A DNA stretch of 59,615 nucleotides, filler included. It is 9 parts of 9 records of this genome, joined end to end, with 100 filler letters (N's around TTAATTAATTAA, not from the genome) between each part and the next. Parts side by side here need not be neighbours in the genome. Positions count along the whole stretch, not along the records: positions 34,276 to 40,411 come from SRR31156797_55877; positions 40,512 to 48,637 come from SRR31156797_55901; positions 48,738 to 53,743 come from SRR31156797_55985; 6 more parts are not named here. One strand, given 5' to 3'. Shown piece by piece: positions 39,448 through 51,006 of the stretch (position 1 is its first letter; every line of letters starts with the position of its first letter). The notes beneath the pieces were generated by a model. The model was given only the letters and a program-made list of their open reading frames with translations, ran no database searches and had not been told where the DNA came from. Position numbers and translations under genes: made by a program.

Positions 39448-39694
39448 TAGTATCTAAAACGTTTTTGAGTGGAATTAATCGGTAAGTGGCGTACATTCAT
39501 CGGGGAACGGAAGCCAAAGCCCTTGACCCGGCTCCCATAAATCGAGACAAAAGTCATAACGATGCGCGGATATAGCCCGAGCACGATATCATGGCAAAGT
39601 AACCCTATTCACCGCTCTACTGTAGAAGATGAATATCGGATACTTTGCAAAAAATAATTCTGGCAATTGATTTCAGAAATTATTGGCTAATTGA

Positions 39695-40411
<717 letters not shown>

Positions 40412-40511
40412 NNNNNNNNNNNNNNNNNNNNNNNNNNNNNNNNNNNNNNNNNNNNTTAATTAATTAANNNNNNNNNNNNNNNNNNNNNNNNNNNNNNNNN
40501 NNNNNNNNNNN

Positions 40512-40828
40512 AGATAACTGGCCAATCCGAGCTGCGCGATCGCGAACACGATGATCAGCGCGCTCTTATGCCTGATACCGAAATAAAAGATCAGGGCAAG
40601 CAGCAGGAAATCTGCGACCTGAATGACTTCGCGAACTCCGACGCCGAGAACGGTCTCGGGTGTAAACGTCGTCGGCGCCTCGAACAGGAGCAGGATGAAG
40701 GCGACTACCAGCAATGCGCTGGTGGCCACGATGATCAGTGATCGAACTGCGCTTGCACGAACGGCAAAGCAGCCCAAAGCCGCCAAAAACGGCAGCACGA
40801 TCAGAATAAAAGCCAGCGTATCGAGCAT
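40512..40828 (-). CDS. Antiporter-like (NuoL-family) membrane subunit, EchA-like, N-terminal fragment
   Basis: Hydrophobic N-terminus 'ILIVLPFLAALGC...DFLLLALIFYFG.RH...AQL' recalled as similar to Ech hydrogenase subunit A. Confidence 0.5.
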
Positions 40829-41789
40829 CTCAGATGAGCCTCGGTTCAATTCCGTTCAGGGATTTTTTGAAGAACAAAGTTTTCAACGGCCACACATCGG
40901 GCTCTATGGTTGGTGTTTCCTCGCGGCAATTGTTTACAGAAAAACTCTATGTGTTTCAAGTTAGATCTTTTCTAAATTACTGTTTTATGTTGCGAATAAT
41001 TCTAAACATAAAGTCTTTTGAAATAAAAGTCTTTAGCAACGCAAAGAGAAGAAACATTCGGACAATAATTCCGACGACTTCCGTGGGATATTTCGTTTTC
41101 CACGATCCGAATTCGACGCAAACCGTACTCAAAATCCCTTAAAAACCAGGTTTTTATTGCGAATGATTTTCTTTTTCACAAAAACCGAAACGCCGGACCG
41201 AACGAGTCCGGTTTAAAACCCTGCTTTGCCCCTCTCCGACCGTTTTCGTCCGGCACACCGGCCCGATAACGGCTGAATCGGCCTGTTTTCGGCCCCCGGT
41301 TCGGCCGTTCCAGGAAAACAGTGAAATTAAATTATCCGACGGCTCGCCCCTGTGCGCCGCCACCTGGTCCGTGATTGCTGGAGCTTCCCTTGTTGTGCAT
41401 CATGTAACCGCTAACTCCGGCCGCCGTCAGCCCGGGACACCCAGAATATCCGGTCTCTGGATTGCCGGGGATTCTCCGGGCAATGACGATGGAGAAGAAG
41501 GCCGGTCGCGGCACATTGGGGGGATCGACGGCGATCGATCCGATGGCAAACGGCAACGTGCGGGCCCGGGACATTCCGCCGAGTTCGCGCCTGAATGATG
41601 GAAAACTGTGGATAAACCGCAAGGGACAAAGTATTCTCATGAATAATCAAGATAAATATATAACGTAATACTCAAGATTTTTTACCTTCCCTTCAAATAA
41701 CTTTGTTTTAATTATGAATACATGTCTCGTCTTGGCGATAATTTAGTTAATTTCGCACATCATTTTATTTTATTTCTTTATCTGTATTT

Positions 41790-41817
41790 TTGACAAATCT
41801 AGAAAAATTTGTATGGT
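41790..41817 (+). promoter_or_regulatory. Putative sigma70 promoter of proXWV
   Basis: TTGACA-16 nt-TATGGT at the end of an AT-rich tract. Confidence 0.5.
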
Positions 41818-41946
41818 TGTTATGGAAGTTAGATCGGACTTTCGCTTTCGTCTTTGGGGAAGACGAATCCATTGGCTGGGTCCGATGTCCTTTCCGTTAT
41901 CCTCGGACAAGGACACTCAAAAACTGTTTAGACGGGAGCTCATTAT

Positions 41947-42972
41947 ATGCGTTTGAAAACGTTTGCCGCGTCTGCGGCCGCACTTGTTTTTGCCTGGACC
42001 ACCGCGCCGGGTTCATCGCAAGCCGCCGAATGCGAGGTTGATCGTCCGATTGTGTTCGCCGGTCTTGATTGGGATTCGAACTCTTTCCATGTGGCGCTGG
42101 CCCAATTCATTATGAAGAACGGGTACGGTTGTGAAGTGGATACGATCCCCGGCTCGACGATTCCGATGTTGAACGGCATGATCCGCGGCGACATCGACGT
42201 CACCATGGAAATGTGGGTCGCCAATGTCCAGGAAGCCTGGGAAAAAGCCCTGGACGGCGGCAAGGTCGTCAATCTCGGCGTCAACTTTCCCGATGCGATT
42301 CAGGGATGGTTCGTGCCGAAGTACCTGACCGAAGGCGCCGATGCGCCCGCCAAGGGACTGAACGCGGTTGCCGATCTGCCGAAATTCAAGAAGGTGTTCT
42401 CCGATCCGGAAGAGCCCGAAAAAGGGCGTTTCTATAACTGCATCGCCGGCTGGGGCTGCGAAGTCATCAATACCAAGAAGATGAACGCCTATGGCCTGAA
42501 CGATCATTTCACCAACTTCCGCCCGGGTACCGGCGCCGCATTGTCGGCGGTGATCGAAGCCTCGATCAAGCGCAAGAAGCCGATCGTCTTTTATTACTGG
42601 GGTCCGACCTGGGTAATGGGCAAGATCGGCGATCAGGTCAAAATGCTTGACGAGCCGGCCTACGACGAGGCGATCTGGAAAGCGATGAACGACGAGAAGG
42701 ACGACACCAAGGTGACGAAAGTCACGGCCTACCCCGTCGTCAAGATCTTCATTGCCGCCAATAGCGAATTCAGCCAGAAAGCGCCGACGCTGGTCGCATT
42801 CCTGAAAAAGTACGAAACCACCAACGCGCTGGTTTCGCAGGCCCTGGCCTACATGCAGGATACCGGCGGCACGGCCGAGGAAGCCGCGATCAACTTCCTG
42901 AAAACGCAGGAAGCCCTTTGGTCGACGTGGATTCCGGCGGATATCGCGACAAAGGTTAAATCCGCGCTGTAG
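41947..42972 (+). CDS. proX: Glycine betaine/proline-type ABC transporter substrate-binding protein
   Basis: Signal peptide; 'LDWDS', 'EMW', 'GWFVP', 'GWGC', 'YYWGPT'. Confidence 0.85.
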   Translation: MRLKTFAASAAALVFAWTTAPGSSQAAECEVDRPIVFAGLDWDSNSFHVALAQFIMKNGYGCEVDTIPGSTIPMLNGMIRGDIDVTMEMWVANVQEAWEKALDGGKVVNLGVNFPDAIQGWFVPKYLTEGADAPAKGLNAVADLPKFKKVFSDPEEPEKGRFYNCIAGWGCEVINTKKMNAYGLNDHFTNFRPGTGAALSAVIEASIKRKKPIVFYYWGPTWVMGKIGDQVKMLDEPAYDEAIWKAMNDEKDDTKVTKVTAYPVVKIFIAANSEFSQKAPTLVAFLKKYETTNALVSQALAYMQDTGGTAEEAAINFLKTQEALWSTWIPADIATKVKSAL

Positions 42973-43054
42973 CGGTTTGTTTGATCAAGGGACGGGGGGG
43001 CATCGACTTGCCGCCCTGTTCCCTTTTTCTCCATAGATAGAGAGAGAACAGGTC

Positions 43055-43912
43055 ATGTTCCCCGAAATCGGAAAGCCAATCAAACTTGGTACGAATGAAT
43101 TTATCGATTGGCTGATAATCAATCATGGTGACTTTTTCGAAGCGATCGCCAATTCGATCCTTGTCGTGCTTGTCGCCATGGAGAAAATTCTACGCGGCAC
43201 GCCACCGTGGCTGACCATCGCCATCATCGGCTTGATTGCGTTCGCCGCCAGCCGGCGCGTCGGCCTGACTTTCGCGATGATGGCGGCGATGTACCTCATC
43301 GGCATGCTTGGCCTTTGGGAAAAGGCCATGCAGACCATCGCCATCATGCTGGTTTCGATCGGCCTGTCGGTGATTATCGGTATACCCATGGGCATTATGT
43401 CGGCACGGTCGAACCGGATGCGCCTTATCGTCAATCCGGTCCTCGATTTGATGCAGACGATCCCAAGCTTCGTCTATCTGATACCGGCGGCCATGCTGTT
43501 TGGGCTGGGCAAGGTGCCGGCCATTCTGGCCACCGTGATCTACGCGACGCCGCCGCTTATCCGGCTGACCGACCTGGGCATCCGCATGGTCGACAGCGAG
43601 GTTGTCGAAGCCAGCCGCGCCTTCGGGGCGACCCGCTGGCAACTGTTGCGCGGTGTTCAAATTCCACTGGCCCTGCCGTCGATCATGCAGGGCATCAACC
43701 AAACCACGATGATGGCGTTGGCGATGGTCGTCATTGCATCTATGATCGGTGCCCGCGGTGTCGGGGAAACCGTGTTGCTCGGCTTGCAACGGAACGATTC
43801 GGGCGAAGGTCTGATCGGCGGAATGGCGATCGTCTTCCTGGCCATCGTCTTCGATCGAATAAGCCAGTCTTACGGCGCCCGAAAACAAGCTTTCCGCAAT
43901 GTCGCCCACTGA
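43055..43912 (+). CDS. proW: Glycine betaine/proline ABC transporter permease
   Basis: 'PVLDLMQTIPSFVYLIP', EAA loop 'EASRAFG', 'QTTMMAL.MVVIASMIG'. Confidence 0.9.
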   Translation: MFPEIGKPIKLGTNEFIDWLIINHGDFFEAIANSILVVLVAMEKILRGTPPWLTIAIIGLIAFAASRRVGLTFAMMAAMYLIGMLGLWEKAMQTIAIMLVSIGLSVIIGIPMGIMSARSNRMRLIVNPVLDLMQTIPSFVYLIPAAMLFGLGKVPAILATVIYATPPLIRLTDLGIRMVDSEVVEASRAFGATRWQLLRGVQIPLALPSIMQGINQTTMMALAMVVIASMIGARGVGETVLLGLQRNDSGEGLIGGMAIVFLAIVFDRISQSYGARKQAFRNVAH

Positions 43913-43921
43913 GGTCCAGGA

Positions 43922-45127
43922 ATGACACAGATAGAAGTCAAAAATATTTATAAAATCTTCGGCGAAAAACCGGAGGAGGCACTGTCCCGAGTCCAAAAAG
44001 GCGAGGGCAAGGACGACATTCTGGCCGCCACCGGCAACACCGTCGGCTTGAGCGACGTCAGCCTGGACATCAAGGAAGGAGAAATCTTCGTCGTCATGGG
44101 GTTGTCGGGATCGGGAAAATCGACCCTGATCCGGCATTTCAACCGGCTGATTGATCCAACCAGCGGCCACATTCTTGTCGACGGCATCGATGTCATGACG
44201 TTGAACAACGACCAGCTCATAAAATTCCGACGCGAAAAAATGAGCATGGTCTTCCAGCGATTCGGCCTGCTTCCGCACCGAACCGTCGTGCAGAACGTCG
44301 GATACGGGCTGGAGATCCAAGGCGTTGAGCGCACGAAACGGGAAGAAAAAGCGCGCGAATGGATCGATATGGTCGGGTTGTCGGGATACGAGGACAGCTA
44401 TCCGAGCCAGCTGTCCGGGGGCATGCAGCAACGTGTCGGGTTGGCGCGCGCGCTGTGCACGGATCCGGAAATCCTTCTGATGGACGAAGCCTTTTCGGCC
44501 CTGGATCCCCTAATCCGGTCCGATATGCAGGACCTGCTGCTTTCGCTTCAGGCGAAATTGAGCAAGACCGTCGTCTTTATCACCCACGATCTCGACGAGG
44601 CGCTTCGGATCGGCGACCGCATCGCCATTCTGAAGGATGGGGCGCTGTCCCAGGTCGGAACGCCGGCCGATATCCTGCTCAATCCGGCCGACGATTATGT
44701 CCGCGCCTTCGTCAAGGACGTCAACCGGGCTCGCGCCCTGAATGTCGACGTCATCATGCGGCCGCCCGCCCTGCGCCTGACCAACGAAACCCTCGAAGAG
44801 GCGTTGGCGCAAATGCGCAAGGCCGGCGAAGAATATGGCTATTGCATCTACGACAACGAATATCGCGGCGTCGTCACGCAGAAGGCGATCGAAGAACACG
44901 CCGACGACGGAATCAAGTGGGCCCGCGAGATTGCCGACAGCACCCACAAGGTGCTTCCGGACGAAGCCATCGAAGAAGCCGTGCCGGCGGCGTTGACGGC
45001 GGATTATCCGATCCCGGTCGTCTGCGGCGAGGGGGAACTGCTCGGCATCGTTTCAAGCGAGGACATGGTTTCGGTCCTCGATCAGCCGGAAAACGGCAAG
45101 GACGCCGGAAAGGAAGCCCGGCACTGA
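43922..45127 (+). CDS. proV: Glycine betaine/proline ABC transporter ATPase with CBS domains
   Basis: 'GLSGSGKST', 'LSGGMQQRVGLARAL', 'MDEAFSALDPLIR'. Confidence 0.92.
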   Translation: MTQIEVKNIYKIFGEKPEEALSRVQKGEGKDDILAATGNTVGLSDVSLDIKEGEIFVVMGLSGSGKSTLIRHFNRLIDPTSGHILVDGIDVMTLNNDQLIKFRREKMSMVFQRFGLLPHRTVVQNVGYGLEIQGVERTKREEKAREWIDMVGLSGYEDSYPSQLSGGMQQRVGLARALCTDPEILLMDEAFSALDPLIRSDMQDLLLSLQAKLSKTVVFITHDLDEALRIGDRIAILKDGALSQVGTPADILLNPADDYVRAFVKDVNRARALNVDVIMRPPALRLTNETLEEALAQMRKAGEEYGYCIYDNEYRGVVTQKAIEEHADDGIKWAREIADSTHKVLPDEAIEEAVPAALTADYPIPVVCGEGELLGIVSSEDMVSVLDQPENGKDAGKEARH

Positions 45128-45191
45128 CGCCCAAGAGCCTTTGAGCCCCGAATCCGGCCATTTTCCATTTGCGTGAAAATCAGGTCCGCGA

Positions 45192-45878
45192 TCAGGTACG
45201 GTGGCGCCACCAGTAGGTCGTGTTGATCGAAAACACCGGCTGATAGTGGCGGACCTTCTCGGCGTCGATCACCTGCTTGATCTGGTTGTCGAGGACCAGG
45301 GTCTTGCCTTCGACAAAAACGACCAGGATGGCATGGCCGACCTTCAGGTTCAGGTCCTTGACCGCGACCACGCGCATGTCCTTGTCCTTGAAACCGAGCA
45401 GACGCAACGACATGAATTTGGCGATGGCGTAATCCTCGCAATCGCCGTACTTGGCCATGAACTCGCCCGGCGTCGCCCAGAAATCCTTCTTCCCCCAGTT
45501 GGTCGAATCCTGGATATACTTGGACTTGTTCATGTATTGGTTGATGGCCTTGACCTGCGTCAGGCGGTCCTTGCCCTTAATGCTGATCAGGAATTTGACC
45601 CATTTCTGATAGTGGCACTTGTTGAACGTCTGGGACTTGCAGTCGCCGGCCGCGGTTTTGGCTTTTTTCTTTTCGCCGGAATAGCGTTTGACCGCCGTCG
45701 TCCATTTTTTGAACGGCTTCATGTTCTTCGAACGGACTTCGGTGCTTTTGAAAAAACTGGGCGCGGCCTTTGCCTTGGCTTCGGCATCGCCGGCGACACC
45801 GACAACGACCGAAACGGCAAGCGCCGCCGTCAGCAGAACCCTGCCGAAACCGAAAAGCCGGTCGTTTGCGATGCCCAT
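45192..45878 (-). CDS. Transglutaminase-like cysteine peptidase (BTLCP, LapG-like)
   Basis: Signal peptide; 'W...DFWATP.EF', triad motifs 'GDCEDYAIAK', 'HAIL', 'LDN'. Confidence 0.88.
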   Translation of the reverse strand: MGIANDRLFGFGRVLLTAALAVSVVVGVAGDAEAKAKAAPSFFKSTEVRSKNMKPFKKWTTAVKRYSGEKKKAKTAAGDCKSQTFNKCHYQKWVKFLISIKGKDRLTQVKAINQYMNKSKYIQDSTNWGKKDFWATPGEFMAKYGDCEDYAIAKFMSLRLLGFKDKDMRVVAVKDLNLKVGHAILVVFVEGKTLVLDNQIKQVIDAEKVRHYQPVFSINTTYWWRHRT

Positions 45879-46155
45879 GGTACCGCCCGTAAATACCCGA
45901 TCAATCGAAGCATTCAACCCGGCGATAATACAGCCTCGGGGACCCCAATCGCAACAAATCGCCACCGCTTCACCGCTTCGTGATGACGCGCCTGGGACAA
46001 TGTAAAACCGCCCAATCCATCGCCCGAAACCGGCAAGACGAAAACCGATCCGCCATTCGATTCGACGATTCCTCCTTGCGTCGGAGACGGGATACCGCAA
46101 AAATCCCGATTAACACGGTTTTTCCGGTGCTTACGGTTCTGCAGGAGGGGGCAAC

Positions 46156-48637
46156 ATGAACACGAACGCCGACGCCGAGGCTCAGGACGAAGCCGCCGAA
46201 CCGGCACCGAAGCGCAAGGTCAACTGGATTGTCGTCGTATGTGCGGTCGGCCTGGTCATCGGCATCGCCCTTTCCGTGGTGTTTGCCTTCCGTTTCGTCG
46301 AAGACGAACGCAAGCGCGATCTGCAGGAATGGCAGATCCGCCTGGGCATCGTCGCCGACAGTCGGGTCGCCGCTGTCCAGGACTGGATCGAGCGGAATTT
46401 CTTTACCCTGCGCGAACTGACCCAGAATGCATCGCTGCAGCTTTACATGACCGAACTGGGGATGGCCGAGGAAGGCGGTGCGGAAGCCGCCCCGAGCCTG
46501 GAAGCGCCATCGGATCTGGGCTCCCTGCTCGACGGTGACTCCGACAGCGAACTCGGCCTGGAAACCGAAGACGCGCCTGAAGAGGAAGAAGAGGAAGCAC
46601 CCGAACCGGTGGATACCGCCGCCGTTGCCGGATACCTGCGCAACCTGTTGGTCGCGACCGCCGACCGCACGGGATTCAAGCCACCCGAGGACGATACCGA
46701 TGTTGCCGCCAATATCGAGAAAGTCGGCGTTGCCGGCCTAGGCTTGGTCGATGCCGATGGCAAACCCATCGTCAGCACGCCCGGCATGCCGCCGATCACC
46801 GGCAAGATCCGCGCCGCGATTGCGCAGGCGCTGGAGGGCGAACCGGCGTTGATCGACGTCTTCATGGGCGCATCGAACCTGCCGACGATCGGTTTCGCCT
46901 TGCCGGTTTACGGCATTCAGCAGGATGAAGGGGCGTCGGGAATCGGTGCCGTCATCGGCATCCGCGTCCTCGACGAGGACCTGTTCAAGGCGCTGGTCCA
47001 GCCCGGCGAAACGTCGGAAACCGCCGAAACCTATCTGGTCCGGGGCAAGGCCAACACGGTCGAATACCTGTCGCCGCTGGCCGACGGAACGCCGGCCCTG
47101 AAACGATCCCTCGCCGCCGATACGCAGGATCTGGCGGCGGCATTCGCGGTCGAAAAACCGGGCGGATTCGGGATCAAGAAGGACTACACCGGCGAAGAGG
47201 TGCTGGCCGTGTCGCGCCCGGTATCCAACGCGCCCTGGGTGTTGGTCCGGAAAATCCCGCGGGCCGAGGCCTTGGCCGCCAACGAGACACGGCTGAAGAC
47301 CATCCTGATCGTCTTCGTGCTGATCATCGTCGGCGTCACCATCGCGATCATCGCCGTCTGGCGTCACGGCACGTCGGTGCGCGCGGCGCAGGCGGCCGAG
47401 CGGTTCCGGGTTTCATCGGAGCGGTTCGAGAACATCAGCAAATTCATGCGGGTGGTAACGAACAGCCAACCGCTCAGCATCGTCGCGGTGACCGGCGAGA
47501 CCGTTTATACCTTCGCCAACGAACCGGCTGCTCGCGAAGCCGGGATCGAACCCGCCGATATGATCGGCAAGACCATGGCCAGCGTCATCGGCCCGGTCCA
47601 AGCCGCCGCCTACGCCAAGATCAATCGCCAGGTCCTGGCCGATTTCGAGGTCGCGGACAGGGAAGACCCCGACAGTTCGCGGGACACGACCAAGCAGTCG
47701 CACCTGCACGAATTCGGCGAGGGCGACGACATAAAGGTCATAAAATCGGACCATGTTCCCTTGCGAGGCGACCGCGACCACCCGCCGGGCATCCTGATGG
47801 TATTGAACGACATCACCGAATTGACGGTGGAGAAGCGCCGCAGCGAGCGCATGCTCGGCCAATTGATCGACACCCTTGTCGGCGTCGTCGACCGGCGAAA
47901 CCCGTTTTCCGCCCACGTTTCGGCTCGCACGGCCGAGGTCGCCCGATCGATCGCTGCCGAAATGGACATCCCCGAGGGCGAAATCAAAACCGTCGACGTT
48001 GCCGGAAAGCTGGCCGGCGTCGGCACGGTCTTCGTTCCGACGGCGGTGCTGACCAAGCCGACCAAACTGACGCCCCCGGAACGGCAGAGGATCGAGGGGG
48101 CCTACCGGGTCAGTGCCGATATCCTGCGGGAAGTTCCCTTCGACGGACCGGTCGTCACGGCCATCCGGCAATCCGGCGAGCAATGGGACGGCAGAGGACC
48201 GATGAAAATCCAGGGCGAGGATATCCTGCGCGAGGCACGTATCGTATCCGTCGCCATCCGGTTCATGGAGATGGTCTCGCCCAATGCCCGACGCAACGCC
48301 CTGTCCTTCGACGAAGCGGCACAACAGCTTTTGGACAACGCCGGAATTCGCTTCGACCGGCGCCCGGTTTCGGCCTTGATCAACATCCTTCACAACCGCG
48401 ACGGCCTCCGCAAATGGGCGCATTTCCGCAAGCGCCCGGAACCGCCTGCCAAGGGTCCGGCACCGACGGCGAAGGCCCCGACACAAGCGGTCGAACGCCC
48501 CGCCCCGCCGATCCGCCGTCCGCAACCCGCGGCAAAGGATCAGGCTCCGGCAACAAAAGGCCCGGCACTGGCGGTTACGCGCGCCGCCCCACCGGTCCGA
48601 CGACCGCAACCTGCGGCAAAGGATCAGGCTCCGATAA
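46156..48637 (+). CDS. Membrane sensor: TM-Cache-like-TM-PAS-degenerate HD-GYP (3' end missing)
   Basis: HD-GYP scaffold 'VLTKP.KLT..E', 'WDG.GP', 'GEDI..EARI', 'G.RFD' with the catalytic residues replaced. Confidence 0.8.
48487..48633 (+). repeat. 84-bp period coding tandem repeat (28 aa, Pro/Ala-rich)
   Basis: AV.R.APP.RRPQPAAKDQAP at 48487-48549 and 48571-48633. Confidence 0.85.
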
Positions 48638-49032
48638 NNNNNNNNNNNNNNNNNNNNNNNNNNNNNNNNNNNNNNNNNNNNTTAATTAATTAANNNNNNN
48701 NNNNNNNNNNNNNNNNNNNNNNNNNNNNNNNNNNNNNACACATAAAAGTGACTCTTTGTCAGGAAAAGTGTGTTATGTTTAATTGGATTTTTGATAAGTA
48801 TGATTTGTTTGTTTTATCATAATTTCTTATTTTAAAAATACCAAAACAAAATCCTATACATCAATAAAACCAGACAAAACAATTTAAAACCTTCAAACAT
48901 GACCTTAAAAAGACGATCCTTACCTGAATTCTTACCGCATTTAATAGCAAATCATTTATATCCACTATTCTTCATTATTCATTTAATCTGATTGACACAA
49001 CTATATAATCAGATCCAAAAACTTTATTTAAT

Positions 49033-49677
49033 ATGAGTGATTCATTAGAAAAAGAACTGGAACGAAATCGTATTCTGGTTCAGGGAGTAATGGGCAGCAG
49101 CGAAATAAAAGAACGTATTGCGCCTATTTATCCTGAAGAAAAACTGGCACAGGGAGTTGAATTGTATACAGCTGCCTGTAATGCATTTCAAACCCAGGTA
49201 ATAGAAGTAGGGGAGAGCAGAGCAACTACCCGGGCTTTTAATGACGAAAAAGACCGCATACATAACTTGTTAATAAAAATAAGAAAAACCTTAAGGTATT
49301 TCTATAAAAACAACCTTCAGCAGGAAGAGCTATTACAGTTTAATAAGGCTGTGCCAACCAATTACGCTGAGTGGGGAGATATGATTCGATTAATGGCAAA
49401 TGCCATTATTTCGCGCGAAGAGGTATTGACCAAACTTAATTTAGTAGGCATTACTTCCGGGGAGCTAGAATCGTTGAAAACCGATTTGGATGCTTTGGAT
49501 GAATTGCGTTTAACTGCCGTAAAAGAAGACGGAGAATCGCAAATAGCCACAAAAAACAAAGAAGCTTCCTTTAACGAGTTAAAAAGTTATTGTATTGACT
49601 TAAGAGAATGCCTGGACTTATTCTTTGAAGGAAGTGAACGTCAGGTGTTAGAAAAAGTAGGTATAACCGTAAAATAG
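49033..49677 (+). CDS. Hypothetical all-helical protein (214 aa)
   Basis: Intact ORF followed by a terminator. Confidence 0.7.
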   Translation: MSDSLEKELERNRILVQGVMGSSEIKERIAPIYPEEKLAQGVELYTAACNAFQTQVIEVGESRATTRAFNDEKDRIHNLLIKIRKTLRYFYKNNLQQEELLQFNKAVPTNYAEWGDMIRLMANAIISREEVLTKLNLVGITSGELESLKTDLDALDELRLTAVKEDGESQIATKNKEASFNELKSYCIDLRECLDLFFEGSERQVLEKVGITVK

Positions 49678-49712
49678 TAAGCTATAGAATAGGGTATAAT
49701 GATATGCTATGT

Positions 49713-49746
49713 AAGGGAAGTGTTGAAAAATGCTTCCCTTTTTTTT
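49713..49746 (+). terminator. Rho-independent terminator
   Basis: AAGGGAAG...CTTCCCTT plus T-tract. Confidence 0.75.
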
Positions 49747-50096
49747 ACGAATTCTTTTTAGGTATTAAGTTGGTGAGGATCTGCTGGTGGATTATCATCC
49801 AATAAAACTATATGGCACCGTCTTACGGCTATTTGCCGATACAAAATTTTCTAAATGGTGAAAATGAGGGTGTTGTATGATTTTTGTTAAAAAAATACAG
49901 TAAAGAATATATTCCTCTCAACTGTTGTGAAAGTGCTGTATTTATTTGGCTTTCCAACTGTTTTTATAGTATTTAAAGAACTTTTAGGTTTTTCAATAAA
50001 ATAGTGTCTTTACTACTCAAATATCGCAAAAGTAATAGACTATTTTTTTAGTATATCAGGTTAACCTATGGTAAGTAGCATTTTATTAAAAAATAG

Positions 50097-50104
50097 TATC
50101 TTTG
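50097..50104 (+). promoter_or_regulatory. Bacteroidota-type -7 promoter element
   Basis: TATCTTTG matches TAnnTTTG, 18 nt upstream of ATG 50123. Confidence 0.5.
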
Positions 50105-50122
50105 TTTTTAAGATGATACATT

Positions 50123-50410
50123 ATGAATACTGAAGCAACTAAAATAAGACCTAATATTTCGAGAAGAGCATTCTGGGATATCGATTATAATACCATCGAT
50201 TGGGAAAATAATAGTCAGTATTTAATAATAAAGGTTATAGAAAGAGGTAAGCTGCAAGATCTTTTTGAGTTAATAAAGTACTATGGAAAAGAAAAGATTA
50301 AGAAGGAATTGTTAGGTGCTTCAAAACTACCACAAAGAACATTTGATTTCGCCAGAACTTATTTTGCAGCTAATAAAGAAGACTTTCAATGCTCCATTTC
50401 GAGACTATAA
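50123..50410 (+). CDS. DUF6922-like small protein (putative antitoxin partner)
   Basis: 'FWDID', 'IIKVIERG...D......YG'; overlaps the AbiEii-like gene. Confidence 0.7.
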   Translation: MNTEATKIRPNISRRAFWDIDYNTIDWENNSQYLIIKVIERGKLQDLFELIKYYGKEKIKKELLGASKLPQRTFDFARTYFAANKEDFQCSISRL

Positions 50411-51006
50411 TTCCGGAAACCAGATTTATATTAGAAGATTTAATGAGACGGGAAGAGTTAAGAAATTACCGTTTGGTAGGAGGAACCGCACTATCTCTTT
50501 ACAAAGGTCATCGTGTTAGTGATGATATTGACTTGTTTTTGGATCCTGTAAAAGAATTCGATAAACAACAAATAAAGAGGGTTCTAATATCATTGGCAGA
50601 TAGTTCTGGAGACATAGAAATTTCAGATATGACTTTTGGCTTTTCTTCATATCTGACCTATAATGTAAGTGGGGATGAACTACATATTATTAATGGCATT
50701 AGGTTAGCTTCTACTCGTGATATTTCTGCAATGAAGTTGAATGCCATTACAAGTCGCTCTGAGAAAAAGGACTTTATTGATATTAATGAATTATTATCAG
50801 AATACTCAATTAAGGATATGTTAGAGCACTACAAAAAGAAATACCCATACAATGATCCTAAAGATGTCATCTTCGCTTTTTCTGCAATAGATAAAGCAGA
50901 TAGTTCATATATGCCTCAAATGTTTTTAGAGTTGAGTTGGGAGCAGGTTAAAGAGAATATTAAACAACATTTTAGAAAGTATCTGGATCAGGAAGCAGAG
51001 TTGTAA
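50389..51006 (+). CDS. AbiEii/AbiGii-family nucleotidyltransferase toxin
   Basis: 'LVGGTAL', 'HRVSDDIDLF', 'MKLNAI', 'KDFIDI'. Confidence 0.85.
   Translation: MLHFETIIPETRFILEDLMRREELRNYRLVGGTALSLYKGHRVSDDIDLFLDPVKEFDKQQIKRVLISLADSSGDIEISDMTFGFSSYLTYNVSGDELHIINGIRLASTRDISAMKLNAITSRSEKKDFIDINELLSEYSIKDMLEHYKKKYPYNDPKDVIFAFSAIDKADSSYMPQMFLELSWEQVKENIKQHFRKYLDQEAEL

Noticed and set aside
41154-41668. Several short ORFs in the intergenic region before proX
   Set aside because: They overlap one another, have no motifs and have no convincing starts.
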